A program made the position numbers and the translations under genes. A stretch of DNA of 20,000 nucleotides, taken from IMG/VR virus record IMGVR_UViG_3300043438_001944, positions 51,692 through 71,691 of that record; one strand, given 5' to 3'. Shown in pieces: positions 6,850 to 13,152 of this stretch. Each line of letters starts with the position of its first letter. The stretch's first letter is position 1. The notes under the pieces are model-generated. The model did not search any database. It worked only from the letters and a program-made list of their open reading frames with translations, and was not told the DNA's origin. The stretch comes from an uncultured virus (IMG/VR IMGVR_UViG_3300043438_001944). Lineage: Duplodnaviria > Heunggongvirae > Uroviricota > Caudoviricetes.

Positions 6850-6934
6850 GCCTGGGTGATGAAATGGTATACATGACAGACTTAAAATCTGTTGAGCAGA
6901 AACGCTCGTGCGGGTTCAAGTCCCGCTCCAGGTA
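6850..6934 (+). tRNA. trnL: tRNA-Leu(TAA)
   Basis: Acceptor GCCTGGG/TCCAGGT; anticodon arm ACAGA-CTTAAAA-TCTGT; long variable arm; T arm GCGGG-TTCAAGT-CCCGC; A73. Confidence 0.95.
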
Positions 6935-6973
6935 CAACACTATCGTTCTTTGGAAATAAAGGAGAAAATTAAT

Positions 6974-7222
6974 ATGGATATATTATCATTTATTTTAGGA
7001 ATGTCTATAGTTGTGGTTATCGCAGTTGCGGTAGTTGCGGTTATAGCCTTTGTTAAAGTTAATAAAACTAACAAAGAAATTAGAGAAGTAGAACAATGTC
7101 TCGGAAGAGAGATTGAAAATCAAAACAGAGAACGTGAAAATGCAATGAACGATGTTTATCGTGTATTGGATTCACGTTTAGATAAACTTGAGAGTAAAAT
7201 AACAATAAGCCGTAAGGCATAA
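6974..7222 (+). CDS. Single-pass membrane coiled-coil protein, 82 aa, embedded between tRNAs
   Basis: Start revised to ATG 6974 (the track start at 6908 lies inside tRNA-Leu); AAAGGAG upstream; N-terminal transmembrane helix then coiled coil. Confidence 0.8.
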   Translation: MDILSFILGMSIVVVIAVAVVAVIAFVKVNKTNKEIREVEQCLGREIENQNRERENAMNDVYRVLDSRLDKLESKITISRKA

Positions 7223-7262
7223 CGATTAAATAAAAACTTTCAAAGACGATAGTGTTAATTTT

Positions 7263-7336
7263 GGTTTCGTAGCTCAGTTGGATAGAGCAACATCCTTCTA
7301 AGATGTGGGTCTTTGGTTCGAATCCAAACGGGATCA
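7263..7336 (+). tRNA. trnR: tRNA-Arg(TCT)
   Basis: Acceptor GGTTTCG/CGGGATC; anticodon arm ACATC-CTTCTAA-GATGT; T arm TTTGG-TTCGAAT-CCAAA. Confidence 0.95.
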
Positions 7337-7388
7337 CGTTATCGTTGAAATACACGATAAATGATTTTATCGTTTCAATAAACGATAT

Positions 7389-7462
7389 GGACTTGTAGCT
7401 CATTAGGTTAGAGCGGCACACTCATAATGTGAAGGTAATAGGTTCGATTCCTATCTGGTCCA
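7389..7462 (+). tRNA. tRNA with CAT anticodon, probably Ile2 (lysidine-modified), alternatively Met
   Basis: Acceptor GGACTTG/CTGGTCC with C4-G69 and A73 (Ile-like); loop CTCATAA; T arm ATAGG-TTCGATT-CCTAT. Confidence 0.85.
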
Positions 7463-7658
7463 CTATTTAAAGTATGGGACTCCGATGGAAGTCCACAAGA
7501 AGAGCAGAAGTTTTTCATCCATCATTTATTATCATGGAGACCGCTAAATCGAGTTAGTGAAAATCTACATTCTCCGTGATAATTTCATTCAAAACATCTA
7601 CCGGTGGTTCCACACTAAGGTTATGTGAGGTTTCGGCTGATAAAAGGATGTTATATAT

Positions 7659-7806
7659 TGTAGTGTGACGAAACTGGCAAACGTGCCCTCCTGTCTCGGG
7701 GGCGGTGAAAAAGAAATAGGTAAGTAATATGGGGTAGACCACCAGCCGGCCGGCAAAGTGTTACTTACTGAATCTCATCTTGGTGGTTCGAGTCCATCCG
7801 CTACAG
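7659..7806 (+). tRNA. tRNA-Asp(GTC)-like RNA with a 79-nt structured variable-arm insertion
   Basis: Acceptor TGTAGTG/CGCTACA plus G73; D arm ACG-AAACTGGCAAA-CGT; anticodon arm CCCTC-CTGTCTC-GGGGG; T arm GGTGG-TTCGAGT-CCATC; insert 7703-7781. Confidence 0.75.
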
Positions 7807-7822
7807 CTAATTGTAAATTAAT

Positions 7823-8209
7823 ATGGAAAAACCTGTAATAGTAAACGTACATGAATGTCCCGAATGTAAAATCCCAAAAGGATGGGGAGAAGAAATAATA
7901 ATTTGTAATCACGAATTATATTGTGGTAAATTATTATGTTTTAAACAAGGTGCAAAATTTTCTATGCACTATCACATGATTAAAGATGAAACGTGGTATG
8001 TTAATGAAGGTGAATTCATTTATAGATGGATTGATACAGAAACCGCAGAAGTAATTGAACAAAAATTAAATGTTGGTGACACGGTGAGACAAATGCCAGG
8101 ACAACCACATCAATTGGAGGCACTTACTGATGGAGTTGTTTTTGAAGTATCAACACAACACTTTGATTCTGATTCATATAGAGTATGGAAGGGGGACTCT
8201 CAAAAATGA
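7823..8209 (+). CDS. Cupin-domain protein (sugar isomerase/mannose-6-phosphate isomerase-like), 128 aa
   Basis: PKGWGEE, FSMHYHMIKDETWYV, PGQPHQL and FEVST cupin motifs. Confidence 0.85.
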   Translation: MEKPVIVNVHECPECKIPKGWGEEIIICNHELYCGKLLCFKQGAKFSMHYHMIKDETWYVNEGEFIYRWIDTETAEVIEQKLNVGDTVRQMPGQPHQLEALTDGVVFEVSTQHFDSDSYRVWKGDSQK

Positions 8210-8592
8210 AAATTTGGGTAAACGGAACATTCGATGTGATGCACATTGGACATATTAAATTACTTGAACATGCAAGTAGTTTAGGTATTGTTAGAGTTGG
8301 TTTAGATACTGACGAAAGAATAAAAGAAAAAAAAGGTTTGAAGAGACCTATTAACACATTACAAGATAGAATTGATTTTATGAAATCAATTAAGTATGTT
8401 GATAGTGTAGTTAGTTTTAGTTCAAATGAAGAACTGGAAAATAGAATAGAAGAATGGGATGCCGATATTATGGTTATTGGTGATGATTATAAATATCACG
8501 AAATAATTGGTAGTCATTTAGTTGATAGAGTTTCATTCTTTGATAAAATAAAAAATAAATCGACAACAAAAATTTTAAGTTCATTTTTATAA
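8206..8592 (+). CDS. Cytidylyltransferase-family nucleotidyltransferase (RfaE domain II/TagD-like), 128 aa
   Basis: NGTFDVMHIGH (HIGH motif), GLDTD, RPIN, GDDY, C-terminal STTKI; start revised to ATG 8206 (ATGA overlap). Confidence 0.9.
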   Translation: MKIWVNGTFDVMHIGHIKLLEHASSLGIVRVGLDTDERIKEKKGLKRPINTLQDRIDFMKSIKYVDSVVSFSSNEELENRIEEWDADIMVIGDDYKYHEIIGSHLVDRVSFFDKIKNKSTTKILSSFL

Positions 8593-8653
8593 TATAATTT
8601 TATTATTTGGATTTTTTTTATTATATTTTATTATAAATAAAAACATAGATAAT

Positions 8654-8881
8654 ATGAAATGTATTAAATTAATTAAAACAAGTAAGGGTCACGAAATTGG
8701 TCAGATTTTAAGGACCGACGATAACGAAGCGGAATTTAGAGTAAAAGGTGGTAATTGGGCGTTTGCCCCTAAATCAGAATGGAGAGCAACTAAAAGGGGA
8801 AAGAAAGAAGAGGTTGAGATAAGTCATGATATGGGTGGATCCATTGAAGTTAGAAAAGAAAAGAAAAAAAATAAAAAATAA
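8654..8881 (+). CDS. Hypothetical protein, 75 aa, Lys-rich C-terminus
   Basis: ORF track; A-rich start context. Confidence 0.75.
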   Translation: MKCIKLIKTSKGHEIGQILRTDDNEAEFRVKGGNWAFAPKSEWRATKRGKKEEVEISHDMGGSIEVRKEKKKNKK

Positions 8882-8892
8882 TTCATTAATGT

Positions 8893-8951
8893 TTTGTTTT
8901 TATAAAAATTTTCCTTACCTTTGTAAAAGAAACAAGAAATAGTTCTTTGAA
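8893..8951 (+). promoter_or_regulatory. Bacteroidota sigma-A promoter plus boxA-like element for the large ncRNA
   Basis: TTTG (8893-8896), 19 nt, TACCTTTG (8916-8923); AGTTCTTTGAA at 8941-8951. Confidence 0.75.
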
Positions 8952-8959
8952 TTAAAAAT

Positions 8960-9762
8960 ATTGGCCGCCTATGGTCAACAAAATAAACCATGAAAGTGGG
9001 ATAAAGTGATTTCATTTGGTTGAATGAGATTGCGGTTTTAGAAATAGAACTCGAGTAGGCAAGCAAGATATCATTGAACCTTAAGTACTGAGGGTAACAC
9101 TGTAGGGAAAGTGGTTTAGTGACCAAGCGATGCAGGTCGTTTGGTTGAGTTCGGAAGAACAATAAGAATAACTTGTAGAATTATTACAAGAAGTAGGACC
9201 TCCAATCTTACAATTGTGTGATTCAATATAATGGGAATTTTAAAACCGAAAGGTATGGTAGTGTACAAGTGGTGTTGTTACTATCCTTAATTAGACCCTA
9301 CCAAGGGTTTAGTTTTGAAGAGGTCCAAAAATATGGAGGCAGGGATGTCTCAGAGAGTAGTTTAGTATCGAGTCGCTCAAAAGGTGGCTTGGCTGGTCGA
9401 CGAACCACTACTTTCCTAATCTGCAAACCAAAAACTTTGTTAATTCAGGTTTAACAACTCATAATTAAAAAGAAAAAGTGTTCGTCAGTCATTGGAGACA
9501 GGTGGCTACTTAGTCGTGAGGGGTTCACGGCCATAAAGGGACTCAATCCCAATATGATTTTTAAGAAAGTTCTCTAAACCCATAAGGTTTAATTGGGATG
9601 GCAATCTCGAAGAGTAATAAGTATTAAAAGAGTATCTGATGACTTAAGGATTGGTTAATCTAATTGACCGCCGCTGAGGATTACTACTCAAAAGGTAGTG
9701 GAAAAGAATGGGAAACAATAATCCGTTCAAAAGATTCTCGTTAAGACATGTATTCTCAGTGT
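8960..9762 (+). ncRNA. Large structured ncRNA (~800 nt), GOLLD-like
   Basis: ORF-poor GC-richer stretch between a promoter and a terminator; many G.U-containing hairpins on + strand; long-range pairings 9103-9116/9403-9418 and 9673-9680/9753-9760; size and tRNA-rich phage context fit GOLLD; family not verified by a covariance model. Confidence 0.7.
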
Positions 9763-9835
9763 TTTTTTTTCTTTGTTTACTAAAACAAAGTGGTGGAATT
9801 GGAACGTTTTAAAACCGTTCGGCCCTAAGAAAACC

Positions 9836-9863
9836 AGTCAGAAGAAATTCTGACTTTTTTTTT
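9836..9863 (+). terminator. Intrinsic terminator
   Basis: AGTCAGAA-GAAA-TTCTGACT followed by a T run. Confidence 0.85.
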
Positions 9864-9895
9864 GCTTTTTAAATAATATTTCGTATATTTCAATT

Positions 9896-10648
9896 ATGAG
9901 AATAATCTGCATATCAGATACACATAGCTTACAACATAACATGTTGCATGAAATACCTAAGGGTGATGTGTTAATTCATGCTGGTGATATCTCAAATAAG
10001 GGTGGTGAAAGAGATGTTACTGAATTCATTCATTGGTTTCAAAATATAGAGGGTTTCGATACTAAAATATTCATTGCAGGTAACCACGATTTTTGTTTTG
10101 AGAGAGTTAACCAACCACACCATAAAGGTGATTACGATTGGTTACATAACCTAATGTCTTCTGAAAACCTATCTCAATCTGATGTGACTTATTTGGAAGA
10201 TAGTTTTTTAACAATTGAAAGTCCTGAGTTTTCTCGACCTATTAAATTTTATGGTAGTCCTTGGCAACCTAATTTTTATGATTGGGCATTTAACTTACCA
10301 AGACTGGGTGATGAAATGAAAGGTAAATGGGAGATGATACCTGACGATACGGACATATTAATTACACACGGACCCCCAAATGAAATTAGAGATTTCGTAA
10401 GTAATTGGAGACAAGGTGATATGAATGTTGGGTGTGAATTGTTAAGATATGAATTAGATAATAGAATTAAACCATTTTTACATGTGTTTGGACATATACA
10501 CGGAGCGTACGGTGCTGTTTACAATAAAGAAACTCTTTATGTTAACGCATCCACATGTACCGAACAGTATATCCCATCAAATAAACCAATCGTTGTTGAT
10601 TTAAATGAAGTTGACGGCAAAATAATTGCAACGTATGTCCAAGAATAA
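9896..10648 (+). CDS. Calcineurin-like metallophosphoesterase (MPPED/239FB-like), 250 aa
   Basis: ISDTH, HAGD, IAGNHD, ITHGPP and HVFGHIH motifs. Confidence 0.92.
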   Translation: MRIICISDTHSLQHNMLHEIPKGDVLIHAGDISNKGGERDVTEFIHWFQNIEGFDTKIFIAGNHDFCFERVNQPHHKGDYDWLHNLMSSENLSQSDVTYLEDSFLTIESPEFSRPIKFYGSPWQPNFYDWAFNLPRLGDEMKGKWEMIPDDTDILITHGPPNEIRDFVSNWRQGDMNVGCELLRYELDNRIKPFLHVFGHIHGAYGAVYNKETLYVNASTCTEQYIPSNKPIVVDLNEVDGKIIATYVQE

Positions 10649-11318
10649 TTTACCTGTAAGTGTTGTGATATCAACACGTAAAATTGATGATGCGTATTTG
10701 AAACATGTCGAAAAAATGTTTTCACATCCCAAAACACAAATACTCATTTATGAGAACGATGGTGTTGAGTCATTAACTCAAATTTATAATATAGGATTAA
10801 AAGATTCTGTAAATGATATTGTTGTTTTTATGCACGATGATCTTATTTTAGAAACTTCTAATATAACACCTAAAATAGTTAAACTATTTGAAAAACATTC
10901 AGAGTATGGAATTATAGGTGTTGCTGGAACTGATAAATTAACAAGTGGGGTTTGGTGGAATAATAGAGAAAATATGTTTGGTGTTGTTGGACATATACAC
11001 GAAGGTAAGAGACACGTTAATCATTATTCTAAGAGTGTTTTTAATGACGTTCTTAAAGATGTGGTAGTTGTAGATGGATTATTCATTATGGTCCATAAGA
11101 AACGAATTAAAAGGGAATTTAATGAGGAGTTTGGTGGATTCCATTTTTATGATATATCATTCTGTGTGGATAATATATTAGAAGGAGTTAAAATAGGTCT
11201 TACAACTAAAATTGGTTTAACACATAAATCAATAGGGATACCCAATAAACAATGGGAGAAAAATAAACTGTTTTTTGAGGCGATATATGAAAAATATCTC
11301 CCAATTACAGTCAACTGA
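10635..11318 (+). CDS. Glycosyltransferase family 2-like protein
   Basis: SLTQIYNIG, VFMHDD (DxD-like), GIIGVAG, VVVVDGLF and FHFYDISFC motifs; ATG 10635 preferred start. Confidence 0.85.
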   Translation: MSKNNLPVSVVISTRKIDDAYLKHVEKMFSHPKTQILIYENDGVESLTQIYNIGLKDSVNDIVVFMHDDLILETSNITPKIVKLFEKHSEYGIIGVAGTDKLTSGVWWNNRENMFGVVGHIHEGKRHVNHYSKSVFNDVLKDVVVVDGLFIMVHKKRIKREFNEEFGGFHFYDISFCVDNILEGVKIGLTTKIGLTHKSIGIPNKQWEKNKLFFEAIYEKYLPITVN

Positions 11319-11359
11319 TTTTAACATAATAACGGATATTTATATATAAAACTAAAAAC

Positions 11360-11554
11360 ATGAAGAAAATTTTTGAATTAATTAAAAAACTATTAGGTGG
11401 TGGCACTTCCCTTGAAAAAGCGGCACAATTACAAGAATTACAAGTTGAGGTTAAAAAAGAGGTTGAGGTTGTGAAAGAAGTGGTTGCTGAAGCTAAGGAG
11501 GTTGTTACTGCTGTTAAAAAGAAAGCTGGTAGAAAACCATCGGCAAAGAAATAA
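11360..11554 (+). CDS. Small hypothetical protein, 64 aa, V/E/K-rich with basic tail
   Basis: ORF track; GATATTTATA motif at 11335-11344 upstream. Confidence 0.75.
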   Translation: MKKIFELIKKLLGGGTSLEKAAQLQELQVEVKKEVEVVKEVVAEAKEVVTAVKKKAGRKPSAKK

Positions 11555-11580
11555 TATTTTCTTTATTTTTGTGATATTCT

Positions 11581-11640
11581 AGGGTTAAAATTTGTTTTTT
11601 AACCCTTTTTTCACTATCTTTGTATCATAGTTCTTTAAAA
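11581..11640 (+). promoter_or_regulatory. Terminator hairpin overlapping a sigma-A promoter and boxA-like element for tmRNA
   Basis: AGGGTTAAAA/TTTTAACCCT plus T run; TTTG (11591-11594), 20 nt, TATCTTTG (11615-11622); AGTTCTTTAAAA (11629-11640). Confidence 0.7.
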
Positions 11641-11643
11641 TAT

Positions 11644-12035
11644 GGGGGTGCCTGGCATTGATTTCAGGTATCGGGAATAAGTGGCACGTAGTCAGACTTC
11701 ATCTATGACTTAAATCTACGGTGGAAAATTTCAAACGGCAACGTTTACAAAAACATGGAAATTGCAGGTTTACTTGCAACTTCCAACGTAGCAGTAGCCT
11801 AAGGCGAAACTACAATCGGGTCGACTGGCATATAACCTAGGAACAGAAGCCTTCAAGGTGTAACACCACTTAGAGTGTTGGAGCAAATCTGACGGCTCTT
11901 GAAAATCCGGTTAGGAACAGTATTGATGGTTTCCTGTAATTAACCTTCTATTTGTCTGTTGAGAACCAATAGAATAAACGTGTAGTCATTTATTGTTGAA
12001 CAGGAAAGACACGGGTTCGAGTCCCGTCACCTCCA
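11644..12035 (+). ncRNA. ssrA: tmRNA (one-piece)
   Basis: 5' GGGGGTG pairs with 3' CACCTCC with G3.U70 and A73; GAC-ACGGG-TTCGAGT-CCCGT T arm; tag frame 11737-11802 (GNVYKNMEIAGLLATSNVAVA*); 392 nt. Confidence 0.93.
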
Positions 12036-12080
12036 CAAAGCTTCTTAGCCGTAGCTTTTTTGATTAGTAAAGTAAATAGG

Positions 12081-12110
12081 AAACCCTTCAGAAATGAGGG
12101 GTTTTTTATT
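12081..12110 (+). terminator. Intrinsic terminator after tmRNA
   Basis: AAACCCTTCA-GAAA-TGAGGGGTTT followed by a T-rich tail. Confidence 0.85.
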
Positions 12111-12124
12111 TGTGGAAAGTCCTA

Positions 12125-12226
12125 TAACGAACAAAAGGTCCGAAGACCCTTTGTCGAGATTAAGAACACCTCCTTTTCGTTTAAATTAATTATTGTTTAA
12201 TGGCGACCAAACCGATTAAACTCTTC
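12125..12226 (-). ncRNA. Putative small RNA carrying an extended Shine-Dalgarno sequence complementary to the 16S rRNA 3' end
   Basis: Minus strand: GATATTTATA motif, GTTTAAT/ATTAAAC hairpin, AAAGGAGGTGTTC, then GACAAAGGGTC-TTCG-GACCTTTTGTT hairpin; no start codon after the SD. Confidence 0.55.
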
Positions 12227-12234
12227 TATAAATA

Positions 12235-13146
12235 TCAGTCATTTTCCATTTCGAGGTTTCTTCTCAAAACTTTTTTGATAATATTTTCTTGTAATGTTTT
12301 TCTATTTAATACCTCCATAGTTGAGTCATCAACTATACCTGTGACTTTTAATGGGTTACCCATTTTATCTTTGTTTGAACTTTGAAAATCTTTAACTGAT
12401 GATAATGTTCTTTGACCAAAAATACCATCAGGAGTACCGTCCTTAGATATGTTCTTATAACCATTTTTAATTAATGAATTTTGTATTTTTGTAACCTCAT
12501 CTCCCTCAGACCCCAATTTAATATTGTTAGATGTTAAAGAAATGTCTTCATTTTCATTTGAGGTAGATTTTTTTACTACATCGTTTTCCCAATAACCAAG
12601 TTTAGAATCTAATCTTGCACCATTCTCTGTGTTAACAATAAATTGATTTGCACCATTACAATCCCAAGTACCGTTAATTTTTCTATTTGGATCATTTCTA
12701 CTTATGTAGATAAATGTTTTATCCATATTAAATTGTAATTGACCTCCACTTGATAGTTTGTAGATAATACCATTTGTACCATCTAATTTTTTTGTTATAC
12801 CTTTTAAAATTTGTGAATTATTTACACAAGAAAATGCCGAGTTAACTTGTGAATCGTCAACAGTATTTGTTGTGGAATCAGTATTTGTCGTTGTTGTGGT
12901 GTTGGTTGTTGTGGTTTGTGTCACTCCTTTACAATATTGATTATTTGGATATAAATCACAAACATATAACTTATAAAATTTATCAATCGAATCGGTATAC
13001 AATTCTAATTTAACCATTTGATTGAATAATTTAGTAATGGTACTTTCATCCTTAAACCACGAATCAACCCAATCGGGGTAAAGTTTATTAGTTATGATTC
13101 TCTCCTCAACTAAAAAAATATATAATTTAACTCTATTTTTTCTCAT
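12235..13146 (-). CDS. Peptidoglycan-binding domain protein (PG_binding_1-like), Thr-rich linker, 303 aa
   Basis: C-terminal IKLGSEGDEVTKIQNSL..PDGIFGQRTLSSVKDFQ..LKVTGIVDDSTMEVL. Confidence 0.82.
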   Translation of the reverse strand: MRKNRVKLYIFLVEERIITNKLYPDWVDSWFKDESTITKLFNQMVKLELYTDSIDKFYKLYVCDLYPNNQYCKGVTQTTTTNTTTTTNTDSTTNTVDDSQVNSAFSCVNNSQILKGITKKLDGTNGIIYKLSSGGQLQFNMDKTFIYISRNDPNRKINGTWDCNGANQFIVNTENGARLDSKLGYWENDVVKKSTSNENEDISLTSNNIKLGSEGDEVTKIQNSLIKNGYKNISKDGTPDGIFGQRTLSSVKDFQSSNKDKMGNPLKVTGIVDDSTMEVLNRKTLQENIIKKVLRRNLEMEND

Positions 13147-13152
13147 TTTTTT

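Noticed and set aside
6908..6973. N-terminal extension of the 104-aa ORF
   Set aside because: It starts within tRNA-Leu; ATG 6974 with an SD-like site is the better start.
7463..7525. tRNA-associated HDV-like (theta) ribozyme
   Set aside because: The pseudoknot lacks the P3/L3 element nested before the P1 3' strand and does not start at the tRNA 3' end.
7080..7742. Minus-strand ORFs 7080-7421 and 7554-7742
   Set aside because: Antisense to a real CDS, tRNAs and the tRNA-like RNA.
7703..7781. Group I/II intron in the tRNA-Asp-like gene
   Set aside because: It is far too short, lacks catalytic core motifs, and sits in the variable arm rather than the anticodon loop.
8824..9454. ORFs 8824-9162(-) and 9218-9454(+)
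   Set aside because: They lie in the large structured ncRNA, with poor start context and no protein motifs.
12164..12176. 16S rRNA gene fragment
   Set aside because: Only 13 nt match the 16S tail, the flanks are not rRNA, and hairpin G.U polarity favours the opposite strand.
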